Shown here piece by piece: positions 39,671 through 49,199 of a stretch of DNA of 64,000 nt. Origin of the DNA: Fibrobacteria bacterium. GTDB taxonomy: Bacteria; Fibrobacterota; Chitinivibrionia; Chitinivibrionales; FEN-1185. The notes beneath the pieces were generated by a model. It ran no database searches. It saw nothing but the letters and a program-made list of their open reading frames with translations, and was not told the DNA's origin. The stretch spans positions 160,001 through 224,000 of the forward strand of contig JBBIGR010000001.1 of the NCBI GenBank assembly GCA_037447435.1, given 5' to 3'. How positions within the stretch are numbered: position 1 is the stretch's first letter; every line of letters begins with the position of its first letter. Position numbers and translations under genes: made by a program.

Positions 39671-40573
39671 TTAGGCATGTTTTTGTATTTTATGAGGATA
39701 TATTTCCCTCATTGCAAGCATCGTATAGCACAGCTGCGCCGCACCGTATTCAGTAACCACATCATGGGGCCGCGGCGCTACTTCGACAATATCTGCGCCG
39801 ATTACATTTTTTTTAAGGAATAATACCTTGAGTAACGATATCGTGTAGTACCATTCGAGTCCCCCCTGCACCGGTGTTCCTGTTGCCGGAAGATGGGCCG
39901 GATCCAGACCGTCGGCATCGATTGTAATGTAGACATCGCGGGTCTTTATGGACTCAACGATATCGGCAGGCGAAGGCACGGACCCTATTCCCCATTCAAA
40001 AACCCTGACCCCATTTTCAAGTGCAAATTCACGCTCTTCCTTTGAAAATGCCCGAGCACCCACATTCACTACCTGAAAGCCCAATTCCCGGGCTCGCCGC
40101 ATGACCGTGGAATGCGCATACTGCCCGTGAGGCGCCTCGCTGTAATCGGTATCGTCATTGCGCAAATCAAGGTGTGCATCTATTTGACATATTGTTATTT
40201 TCGTCGGGTCCGTTTTCGACGCAATAGCCTGAAACGCGCCGGTTGAAACAGAGTGTTCGCCGCCGAGCATAAAAACAAATGGGCCATTGTCGATGCATTG
40301 GGAATATTCCTTTTTGACACGAGACACCATGGCGCTCGGCGAAAGCCGGTTGAGGCCGCTTAATTCTTTTAACGCAACTTTCCGGTTTGGCGACGGGAGT
40401 GAATTTGTGAAGCGGTCCCAATTTTCGATTTGGCTCGTCAAGCTCGACATTATTGCTTTGGGTGCCTTCGAAGTCCCTTTGAGATACGACGCTGTCTTCT
40501 CGTACGGTGCGCAGAGAACAACGATCGTCGCTTTTGCAGGGTCTTTACAATTAATTTTGAGTCCCGTGTGCAT
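39671..40573 (-). CDS. speB: Agmatinase
   Basis: GGEHS, DAHLD, DADGLDP, ATGTPVQGGL, DIVEV; directly upstream of pdaD. Confidence 0.88.
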   Translation of the reverse strand: MHTGLKINCKDPAKATIVVLCAPYEKTASYLKGTSKAPKAIMSSLTSQIENWDRFTNSLPSPNRKVALKELSGLNRLSPSAMVSRVKKEYSQCIDNGPFVFMLGGEHSVSTGAFQAIASKTDPTKITICQIDAHLDLRNDDTDYSEAPHGQYAHSTVMRRARELGFQVVNVGARAFSKEEREFALENGVRVFEWGIGSVPSPADIVESIKTRDVYITIDADGLDPAHLPATGTPVQGGLEWYYTISLLKVLFLKKNVIGADIVEVAPRPHDVVTEYGAAQLCYTMLAMREIYPHKIQKHA

Positions 40574-41031
40574 ACCGCCTCCTTTTTGTACAATATAGTA
40601 TTCCGTCACGCGGGATATGGAACGGGAAATGGGCCGAATTCAAGGAAATCGGTGTATCTAGTTAAAAAGACTATACTAAATAATATTTATGGAGATTATT
40701 TAGACTCAGTTATCAATTTGTTAGGAAATTATATCGGCATTATTTTCTTGGAACACATTGTTTTCATGCATTGTTTTGAGCGGGAAAACCCATTATTTTA
40801 TATCGGGTGTCAAGGTTATTGATTATGGAGCAAAAAGCTGCATACTAAAATCACAGTTAAATAAATTGAATTATGAAATATTTATTTTGGCCGATTGTAT
40901 TTGGCCAATCGGATCCACCCCCCTGTTTTGATCTGCCAATTATGATGTTTTGTTGAGATATTAAAACCAGCAAAGAATGTCGGTATAATTAATTGCACGA
41001 TGAAATTTATAAAATTCATAAATTCCTTTTT

Positions 41032-41922
41032 TTATGGAAAGGAATGCGGTGCGGGAGGCTTGTCGTTTGGCCCGTAGAATTTTGAGGTCGGCGGTGTGTT
41101 GCCAAAAAGATTCGACGATGCTGTTTGCGTTTGGGAAGGAGTCAAATTAAAGCCGTTCGGGGGATTTGGAGCTGCTTGTTCCTGTGTACCATCGGGGTTT
41201 GTGGGAATCATTTTTGTCAGGCCGTTATAAGTCGTTTGGCCAGGCGCTACAGGCTGTATTTGAGGCGGTGGCGGCGGGGCCCAGGCACTCAGAACCGGCT
41301 GTGAAACTGGGCTACTATTCTTTTTTGTCGTATCTTTTGGCGGATTGATCATCATCGGGTTTCCATCGAGCATGAGCATTCCTGAATGGGGATCCGACGA
41401 AATGCCCTTCGATGCAAACGGCAACCCGCCGAAACCTGCTGTTTTAGGGCGTTTTGCATCACTTTTACAAATGCGCACATAAACCGGTTTTTTCGCGTCG
41501 GTAGGTAACTGCGCCTCGATAATGCTTTCACGCTGGAGCATATTCCCGTTATTATCAGTAAACTGCATGATCAGGACGAGTGGCGTCTTCTGCTGATTGG
41601 ACGCCGCCTGTTTTAAGGAACTGCACAGTGAAATCGATTCTATTTTCGGCACATCGGAAAAGCGGTCCGACGCGACCGTATCTTTGAGATATTTCTTGAT
41701 ATATGCATAGTCGTTACGGTACAAGTAACATTGCAGCGTATCGTTATTCATTGAAAACCGCTGGGCCGACCCGACGGATCCGGTGACGGTTTCCACAGCA
41801 GTGTTGACCTGTACCCGAAACCATGCCAGATTCGTGTCGCAATACGTGGAAATGGAAAAAAGAAAAACCAAAGCCATTGACCTAAACGGTATGGAGGAGA
41901 GGTTTACAGTCTTAAAGCGCAT
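41032..41922 (-). CDS. Hypothetical exported protein with Pro/Gln-rich C-terminus
   Basis: AGGA RBS; signal-peptide-like N-terminus; low-complexity tail. Confidence 0.65.
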   Translation of the reverse strand: MRFKTVNLSSIPFRSMALVFLFSISTYCDTNLAWFRVQVNTAVETVTGSVGSAQRFSMNNDTLQCYLYRNDYAYIKKYLKDTVASDRFSDVPKIESISLCSSLKQAASNQQKTPLVLIMQFTDNNGNMLQRESIIEAQLPTDAKKPVYVRICKSDAKRPKTAGFGGLPFASKGISSDPHSGMLMLDGNPMMINPPKDTTKKNSSPVSQPVLSAWAPPPPPQIQPVAPGQTTYNGLTKMIPTNPDGTQEQAAPNPPNGFNLTPSQTQTASSNLFGNTPPTSKFYGPNDKPPAPHSFP

Positions 41923-41940
41923 TGGTTTTTCCTTTTAACG

Positions 41941-41978
41941 AAAAAGGAACCTGCAATCCGGGGAGGATTGCGGGTTCC
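41941..41978 (-). terminator. Intrinsic terminator
   Basis: GGAACCTGCAATCC/GGATTGCGGGTTCC stem with T5 on the minus strand after the 41997..43925 gene. Confidence 0.75.
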
Positions 41979-41996
41979 ACTCGGAAGAAAACCTAC

Positions 41997-43925
41997 TTAG
42001 TTCGTAACCTTGACTCTTGAGACACCGGTAAGAACGCGGCCGTCTGCAAGGGTAAGGGTTGTTTTAAACGTGTGCAAACCAAGGTAGTTCGTACCGGGGA
42101 AAGCTGCGACAACTGCACTCATGGGAATCTGAGGAGCCTTAAGCCACATTCCGCCGCAAGCGATTGCGCCGTTGTTGGCTACGAACATGGGAATAACAGA
42201 GCTGGAAACATCGTAACCGTCGATAAGAACCGATGCGCCAACAGGAACTGCCGTCGGGTCGTTGATCATATAGGTGAGGTCGATGCTGCTGTTGATCGGG
42301 ACAATTGCACTTGCAGGGAATGTGGACAAATTGCCGGTGAGGCAACCTGCTTGTGACAATTTTGTCCAACCGTCGCACCATAAATCGGAGCTGTTGAAAG
42401 CACCGACATAAGGAGCAGGTGTGAAGAAAGGATCGGAAGGAGTAGCAACGTTGTTCGTGAAAACAGGGCTGCCTGCACAAGGACGGGGATCCAAAGCAGG
42501 GAAACCGAATTCACGGGAAACTCCGCGAAGCATAGGATCTACACCGCAAAAGCATTTGTTTGCGGAATTTTTAAGATATGCAATTGAGTTTGCAACAACT
42601 GCAGGAGTTGTCGTGACATCATTATCTCTGGAAACAAGGCTGTCCCAAATCTGAACCTGATTGCAATTGAAAGTCATGAGACCTTTCCATGTGGGTCCAT
42701 TGACATCACCGATTGCAGCTTGGCCGGATCCGTATGCGCCACCTAATGTCGAATCGACAAGGTCATGGCTTCTCATCCAGAAACAATATTTCGTTCCATC
42801 AAGAAGCAAGCAGTTTGTGTATGTACCTTTTAATGAATCGGCAATCTGAACCTGGTATTTGCAGCCATAGTTCTGATCGTTTGCATTGTTCGTGGAATAT
42901 TTTCCGCTGCTGATCATTGTCAAGTTGGCCATCTGAGGATTTGCAGTGAATCTGTCGACAAATGTCTTCTTGCCATCCCATTCGCCTGTGCGATTGCCCA
43001 TCCAGTTGAGTTCTGTTGCAAAGTAGAATTGAACTTTGCCAGAATATCCCTGGTCGATATCGAGCTGATCATCGTCGCAGAAAGAAATACAAATGTATTT
43101 AAGATTGACTGTACCGCCGAAACATTCGATGGCATCGTCGTAGTTGGACATGACTTCAAGATGGTCCATTGTTGTTCCTGCGCCAACTCCGTAAAGGCTG
43201 ATACCATTGATTTCGGAGTTAGTGGCGCGTCCGCAACCGCCATGACGAACGGAAACATATTCATATTCTCCGGAATTGTCATTAGGATCATCACCTTTAC
43301 CAAAGGTAAGGGTAGAATCCGGTTCGTATGTAGCCATACCTTCCATGCTCGGATAGCGAGTAACGGTTTTGCCTGTCAAAGGGTTTGTCGGCAAAGCCAT
43401 TCCATTGGGCCATGCATTTGAAACCGGTGCAAGGCCTTTGATGATGAGTCCGCCCCACATACCCTTAACGCCAGGTCCAAAGTTCGTGATATCACGGAAA
43501 TCATCACCGAAACCGGTCATGACGATTGTGGAATCTTTTTTGCCAACCATATGGGCTTTTCCACCTTCCATGATTATCAAGGAAGTTCCGTAAATAACCG
43601 CAATTGAATCAAGCTGAGCTGACGTTCCGCCAACGATCCAGTTACCAGGCGTTACTGTAAGCTGTCCGTAAACTTTAACATCTCTGTCCAAATAAATGGC
43701 TTTTCCGTCTGCGCCGTCCCAAGTAACCGATGATCCTACCGGAATATCGGCTGAAACGTGATGATAGGCAAGTTCTTTACCAGGCAATGAATTGATACTG
43801 GCAAGAGCTTTGCAGCCAGGCGCCGGAACATGGTCTACCCATGTTGGTGTTGTACCTTGAGCAAAAACGGTCCCTGCAAGGGTTGCCGAGAAAGCAAGGC
43901 CCTTTAATAAATTACTGAAATTCAT
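41997..43925 (-). CDS. Secreted beta-helix-like protein (ElpS-like family)
   Basis: Signal peptide; WGGLII.G.AP, DNSG..YV..RHGG, EINGISLYGVG.GT, DDAIECFGGTVN, DxDxGYxGKVQF, YVGAF..W..GWT. Confidence 0.7.
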   Translation of the reverse strand: MNFSNLLKGLAFSATLAGTVFAQGTTPTWVDHVPAPGCKALASINSLPGKELAYHHVSADIPVGSSVTWDGADGKAIYLDRDVKVYGQLTVTPGNWIVGGTSAQLDSIAVIYGTSLIIMEGGKAHMVGKKDSTIVMTGFGDDFRDITNFGPGVKGMWGGLIIKGLAPVSNAWPNGMALPTNPLTGKTVTRYPSMEGMATYEPDSTLTFGKGDDPNDNSGEYEYVSVRHGGCGRATNSEINGISLYGVGAGTTMDHLEVMSNYDDAIECFGGTVNLKYICISFCDDDQLDIDQGYSGKVQFYFATELNWMGNRTGEWDGKKTFVDRFTANPQMANLTMISSGKYSTNNANDQNYGCKYQVQIADSLKGTYTNCLLLDGTKYCFWMRSHDLVDSTLGGAYGSGQAAIGDVNGPTWKGLMTFNCNQVQIWDSLVSRDNDVTTTPAVVANSIAYLKNSANKCFCGVDPMLRGVSREFGFPALDPRPCAGSPVFTNNVATPSDPFFTPAPYVGAFNSSDLWCDGWTKLSQAGCLTGNLSTFPASAIVPINSSIDLTYMINDPTAVPVGASVLIDGYDVSSSVIPMFVANNGAIACGGMWLKAPQIPMSAVVAAFPGTNYLGLHTFKTTLTLADGRVLTGVSRVKVTN

Positions 43926-44263
43926 GAAAATCCTCCTGCTTGAGAGTTGTTTGATAAAAACGAGAGAAAACATACAGATGAAAGAATTGTCAAAAAGACC
44001 CGAATTCTTTTAGGCAATTCAAAGAAAATTTTCCTCTGTGCCTCCTTTCCTGAAAAGTCTACAACCAAACATTTTATTTGGCAGAAGATAAACTTCCCCA
44101 TAGGGTAAATAAACTTGCTTACTTAAAAAATGAGTTTCGATTATTAAATTATGATGAAAATTTGCATAGAATTTTGATATGAAACGCCTTTTTTACCAAA
44201 TTCCATTTTACGCAAAAAACCTGGCTTTACGGCGAATTTGCGTGCTCAGTGGATAAAAATTTT

Positions 44264-44668
44264 CTATTCCTGGCAAACATAGTCAAGTATTAATAACGAA
44301 TCGGCCAACCTCTGCGCATTGCCGGATATTTTAAATGTGGAGCTTTTCATGTTCCTGAACGTGTTCCATAATGATTCAGTGCTTTGATGTTTCAGATTAT
44401 ACAGTTTTCCTGTTGATAAATAAATACTGTAACCGGATTTTGCATTATCGATGAGCGTTTGTTTTTTAAGTTTTGGTAAAAATACCGAAAGACTGTCTTT
44501 GTTGTTTTTTAATGAAATATTGTCTATGATTGTGCCGGAAAATTTAATGATAATAGGGGCGTTCTTTTTTTTAGGATCAATTTTATATTCAATGCCGGAA
44601 GCAAACACCGAAACATAACTAATTGAAATAACAAGAAGGGAAAAAAACAGGACATTCATTTTATGCAT
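44264..44668 (-). CDS. Hypothetical exported protein
   Basis: 134-aa ORF with signal peptide; AAGGTG RBS; AT-rich. Confidence 0.6.
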   Translation of the reverse strand: MHKMNVLFFSLLVISISYVSVFASGIEYKIDPKKKNAPIIIKFSGTIIDNISLKNNKDSLSVFLPKLKKQTLIDNAKSGYSIYLSTGKLYNLKHQSTESLWNTFRNMKSSTFKISGNAQRLADSLLILDYVCQE

Positions 44669-44708
44669 GATAGCACCTTTGTATAAAGTGAAGACTTTTT
44701 AATATTAG

Positions 44709-45917
44709 TTATTTAGCATTTGAAACGATTCGCGATGCGTGACCGATTCCTGACCCTTCAACTTTTATATAAATGCCTGCCGGTAAAACAGGTATCCTAC
44801 CGTTTGCGGCATTGGTTGAGATTTCGGTAATTTTTCTTCCGGAAACCGTATAATATTTCACAGGGACGTTTATTTGGCCGGGAATTGTCCGGGCCGGCCT
44901 CTGTATCACGGAAATCGCCGGCAATGAATTTGCCCATAAATCGGCATGATGTAAATTGCCGGTTGCGACTTTTGCCTCGGATATTACCTTTACCAAAGAC
45001 GTATCGGTCTTGACAATTTCGATGTCGCCGGTCCCGTTATCCGCATCGGCCGCATTTATCACGGTTAAAAACATTGTCGGAATATAACTAGCCATGCGAA
45101 GTTCACTGAATCTGGCCACAGCCGTTACCAACGGAACCGGATCAGTGAAATCGGGGCCCATTACTTCCCATGCATTGTGGTCTGCGGTTGTCTTGACAAG
45201 ACGATAGGAATTGTCGTACGGCATTGTCGGCCAGCACCCTTCGGGATTGCCGGCAAGAAAATGTCCGGTCGCGTCATCCACTTCGAGCGGCGCACCGCCG
45301 CCCCCGAACGGTCCCATGCATCCTGCAAATGCATTGGCGTCGGCAGAAATCCTCAGCCAGTTAACCACGGTCGGCTGCTGATGGAACACCAAAGAGGATT
45401 TTGTGGTATCGTCAAGATCTATTTTGCAAATCGAATTCCCGTCGGATTCATATAAACCATGACCTTTTGCATAAATCGCATATTCTTTTCCGGTCACCGG
45501 ATCTATCCATAAGCAAGCAGTCATGCCGTTTGCAACTTTGCGTGGCGTAGCGTTTTTCGTCCAATCCACTATATACGTAGTTCCGGAATATTGCGAGACT
45601 AAGGTCGTGTATACGACGCGGTTTCCTTCGTGCGTGATAAGAGGATTTTGGTAATTGCCTTTTGCGGTTTGTAATGTTTCTTCAACTCCTACATCGCTAT
45701 TTACACCGACAAGAAGTTCATCGGTCCAGAAATCCGTGGTTGGGAAATCCCTTGCATGAGAACTGTCGCATCTGGCATAAACAATCTTTGCCTTTGAAGC
45801 GCCGGTAATTGTTTTTAATTGTGTTGCAAGGGGCGTATCGGCAGCCTGGAGAAAAACTGCAGATGTTAAAAGACCCAAAATCGCTATCATATACTTTCGG
45901 ATTTCGGTTTTTATCAT
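44709..45917 (-). CDS. Secreted TolB-like/beta-propeller protein with T9SS-like C-terminal domain
   Basis: Signal peptide; PxIxxxGxRVVY repeat-like motif; tail YYTVSGRKI...LPAGIYIKV. Confidence 0.65.
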   Translation of the reverse strand: MIKTEIRKYMIAILGLLTSAVFLQAADTPLATQLKTITGASKAKIVYARCDSSHARDFPTTDFWTDELLVGVNSDVGVEETLQTAKGNYQNPLITHEGNRVVYTTLVSQYSGTTYIVDWTKNATPRKVANGMTACLWIDPVTGKEYAIYAKGHGLYESDGNSICKIDLDDTTKSSLVFHQQPTVVNWLRISADANAFAGCMGPFGGGGAPLEVDDATGHFLAGNPEGCWPTMPYDNSYRLVKTTADHNAWEVMGPDFTDPVPLVTAVARFSELRMASYIPTMFLTVINAADADNGTGDIEIVKTDTSLVKVISEAKVATGNLHHADLWANSLPAISVIQRPARTIPGQINVPVKYYTVSGRKITEISTNAANGRIPVLPAGIYIKVEGSGIGHASRIVSNAK

Positions 45918-46250
45918 GATTGTTCCCTGTTCTATGAGATTATTCAAGTGAATTGAATGGAAAAAAACACCATTAAAATAGACCTGATTTGTTTGGATTT
46001 TCTTTGGTCTTTGTTCAAAAACCGTTAGGATTGTAGAATATCACCTCTCCGCGTGCCATTTCCTTAAATGGATAGTATAATCCTCGTTAATTACACATAG
46101 TAAACTAACAGTGTTGTTGTAATTTATTTCCTGATATTTTATGACAATTTTTGCCTTGGCTATACTTTTTAACTTAACGGAATTTTTAATGCGATTTAAA
46201 TGATATTGACGGATGTTGTATTTGTTTCTCACCTTTTTCAGGAGTGTTTC

Positions 46251-49022
46251 ATGAAAACCCCTTCAAAAAAGTTTCGCAATCGGCGAATGTTCGTTTTTTC
46301 ATTTCTTTTTCTTGTTGTAGCAATTTCACTTGCAACTGCGGTCATGGGAAGCAAGCGAAAAATCAAAGTCATGCCGCTTGGCGATTCCATCACCGGGTCA
46401 TTTGAGGGAAGCGCCAGTTACCGTTTTTGGCTATGGGAGCAACTTGTTTCCGCAGGATTTGCCGACAAAGTTGACTTTGTCGGAAAGCGATGCGGGTGCG
46501 GTGACATAAACGGGGAATGCGGCCAACCGCAATTTCCATGCAGCGTATGGCCCTGCAACCATAACGGATATCATGATCGGACAATCGGCATGATTCTCGG
46601 CATGGTGGGTAGTTTATGCGCAGTCGACACTCCGGATGTCGTTCTTCTACATCTTGGGACCAACGACATAATAAGCCCGGATGCAACCGGCGATTTATCG
46701 GTTTCCAAAAGCGAAATGGAAAGTCTGATCGACAAGATACGCGTATATAACCCGAATGTCACTATTCTTCTTTGCAAAATCATACCGTCCATTTACGACA
46801 GGGATTCGTTTCCTGTTTTCAACCGGTACATGGACCAGGTCGCGGTTGAAAAAACACAGGCAGCCTCGCCGATTGTCATTGTAGACCAATATACGGGATA
46901 CGTCCCCTGGCCAGGTCAGGACAATGATGTCGACGGCGTGCATCCCACAGAATCGGGCGAAAAGAAAATAGCCAATAAATATTTCGGTGCCCTTCTTCCC
47001 ATACTCCAGAAAATGACGGCCCTGCACGCGGTTATTGGCAATTACAAAAATGACGTCCTCACGACCGGCGGATCGCTTTATACCGTTAATGCGAAGGTCA
47101 ATGCCTATCCTCAGGTAAAGGACGTCACGATCGTTACCAACGATTCAATTCCGGTCGGTTTATGCAATAAAGTCAATGATAGCCTATATACATTTAATTG
47201 GGTAGCACCTTTATCGGGTCTGATCCCGATCAAGACTGTCGTAAGCGATTTTTGCGGACATACCGATACGTCGGTCGCAGTGCTGTTCGGCACACCAATG
47301 AACAGTTCGGCAATCGAGCTTTCGATTCCGCAAATCCAGGGCCCTATCGGAACGTCTCCGTATGAAAATCAATGGGTCAAAACAACCGGTATCGTGACTG
47401 CAATTGCAAAAGATTCAAGCGGCTTCTGGATGCAGGATTCGCTCGGAGACGGCAGCGACCTGACCTCCGATGCGATATTTGTTTCAAAAAGCAATACTGT
47501 TTCCATACCTGCGGTGAACAACGCTGTTTCGGTACGCGGTATTGTTCAGGAATATGTTGAAAAACCCGGCTGCCTTTCCGGTACCCGTTTACGCTGCGTT
47601 GATTCGATTTCCGTACTTTACAATTTCGGACGCCGTCCTGCAGCGTTGTCTGTTTCATCGGTGGAAAATTTCAATATGAATTCCATGAAATCGTCATATG
47701 CCGGTCATGAGGGAATGCTTGTTTCGTTTGATAATGTGCATATCGTTTCTCCGGGAGTCGGGGCGGCATTTTCGCCCTGGATGAACCGGTCCGGCTCAGG
47801 ATATTCCTGGTCGAACGGGGTTTTTGAAAATGAATCCCGCGGCGCGAATGTTGTGGATTACAATCCGGAAGTATTGCTTTTGGGAAACACCGCCGGCTCA
47901 CTTGGTAATGTTAGAATCAACGATACGATTTCGAACCTGACCGGAATAGTCAACTATCAAGGCGGGAATTTTTACATTCAGCCTTTAGCGGATTCCATGG
48001 TTTTTACCCGTATTATCGGTGCTGGTATGCCTTTTCCGCCGAGCCCGGTCAGTGTCCGTAACTCGGGTGCAGGATCGTTCCGCATCACAACGCTCGACTG
48101 TGACGGATTTTACGATACAATAGATACATGGAATAAAAATGACATTGTTGTCAGCGCGGCAACGTATACGACAAAACTTGCGAAGATCACCAAAGCAATA
48201 TCACAGGAACTTTTAATGCCTGCCCTGCTTTGCGTGCAGAATGTGGAAAATACGAATGTCATGAACGACATTGCCGCAAGTATCAATGCAATCGGCGGCA
48301 AGTATAAAATCGCTACCGGTCGTACGTATCTGGGTTTTTCGATCGACACGCCTTCGACACCCAATCCGAGCGGCTTGATAAACGCATTTTTATATGATTC
48401 GACAGAAATGAAACTTTCCCAGACGATTTTATTACAGGGCGGTTCTTTTGATGCCGCATTCGGCCCTGCGAGTGCTTTCCCTTGTGCGGAACCGATTGTT
48501 GGAGCATTTTCCGTCGGCGGTTCGATTCTTGCTGTTGTCAATGTAACGCTTGCGGACAAAACATCCGACCAGCCCTTTTTCATGAAAGACTGGCCGGCAT
48601 ATGAGCCGTCGAAAGCCGCCCGCATGGCGCAGGCTTCTGCGGTCCGATCCTGGATAAATAGCGTATTGTCAAGCTATCCTTCGGTGTATATGCTTATTGT
48701 CGGGGAATTTAACGATTATGGTTTTGCTGAACCGAATGATATTGCGGGTTATCCTGTTTCGATTGTTGCAGGAAATGCCGGAAAAGGCGAAACCGTTTTT
48801 TACAATGCCTATGATTATTTGCCTCAGGACACGCGCTTTACCTGCATCAGAGATGGACGCGCTCAAATGACATCGCATATCCTGATAAGCCCGAATCTTG
48901 CCGGTGCCGCCAAGGCTGTCGACGTATTGCACTTTAATTCAAAATTCGAAGATGGTTTGGCGGGCAACCCTGCCACGCCCATCAGAGTAAGCAAACATGA
49001 TGCGGTGGAAATAAGGTTTTAG
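46251..49022 (+). CDS. Secreted SGNH hydrolase fused to OB-fold and degenerate EEP (ExeM/YhcR-like) domains
   Basis: GDSIT/GTND/DGVHP intact; IPQIQG..SP..V.TTGIVTA..GFWMQD..SDAIFV OB fold; EEP scaffold with altered catalytic residues. Confidence 0.85.
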   Translation: MKTPSKKFRNRRMFVFSFLFLVVAISLATAVMGSKRKIKVMPLGDSITGSFEGSASYRFWLWEQLVSAGFADKVDFVGKRCGCGDINGECGQPQFPCSVWPCNHNGYHDRTIGMILGMVGSLCAVDTPDVVLLHLGTNDIISPDATGDLSVSKSEMESLIDKIRVYNPNVTILLCKIIPSIYDRDSFPVFNRYMDQVAVEKTQAASPIVIVDQYTGYVPWPGQDNDVDGVHPTESGEKKIANKYFGALLPILQKMTALHAVIGNYKNDVLTTGGSLYTVNAKVNAYPQVKDVTIVTNDSIPVGLCNKVNDSLYTFNWVAPLSGLIPIKTVVSDFCGHTDTSVAVLFGTPMNSSAIELSIPQIQGPIGTSPYENQWVKTTGIVTAIAKDSSGFWMQDSLGDGSDLTSDAIFVSKSNTVSIPAVNNAVSVRGIVQEYVEKPGCLSGTRLRCVDSISVLYNFGRRPAALSVSSVENFNMNSMKSSYAGHEGMLVSFDNVHIVSPGVGAAFSPWMNRSGSGYSWSNGVFENESRGANVVDYNPEVLLLGNTAGSLGNVRINDTISNLTGIVNYQGGNFYIQPLADSMVFTRIIGAGMPFPPSPVSVRNSGAGSFRITTLDCDGFYDTIDTWNKNDIVVSAATYTTKLAKITKAISQELLMPALLCVQNVENTNVMNDIAASINAIGGKYKIATGRTYLGFSIDTPSTPNPSGLINAFLYDSTEMKLSQTILLQGGSFDAAFGPASAFPCAEPIVGAFSVGGSILAVVNVTLADKTSDQPFFMKDWPAYEPSKAARMAQASAVRSWINSVLSSYPSVYMLIVGEFNDYGFAEPNDIAGYPVSIVAGNAGKGETVFYNAYDYLPQDTRFTCIRDGRAQMTSHILISPNLAGAAKAVDVLHFNSKFEDGLAGNPATPIRVSKHDAVEIRF

Positions 49023-49057
49023 TAACTAGATATGATCTCAACTACAACTATCCAATT

Positions 49058-49136
49058 GCGAAGGGGCCCTGCCGACCCGAGTCGACAAAGCCCCACTCTC
49101 AGACAGGAGGTCGGATTTCGGGCCTTCCTCCCAGCG
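49058..49136. ncRNA. Candidate structured RNA / long irregular hairpin
   Basis: GC-rich island in an AT-rich spacer; nested pairings GAAGG-GGCCC/GGGCC-TTC, CCGACC/GGTCGG, GAGT/ACTC. Confidence 0.3.
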
Positions 49137-49199
49137 TAAATATACAATCATTCCAATAAAAAACAAAGTCGGTTTACATAATGCGTTATTTGCAAGGTG

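Noticed and set aside
40610..41030. Gene or RNA in the 420-bp AT-rich spacer
   Set aside because: No credible ORF; only short hairpins (CCGATTG/CAATCGG) without supporting context
49113..49131. RNase P RNA (minus-strand GGAGGAAGGCCCGAAATCC resembles GAGGAAAGTCC)
   Set aside because: Mismatches in the conserved core, only about 100 nt of space before the next gene, and no matching 3' conserved region
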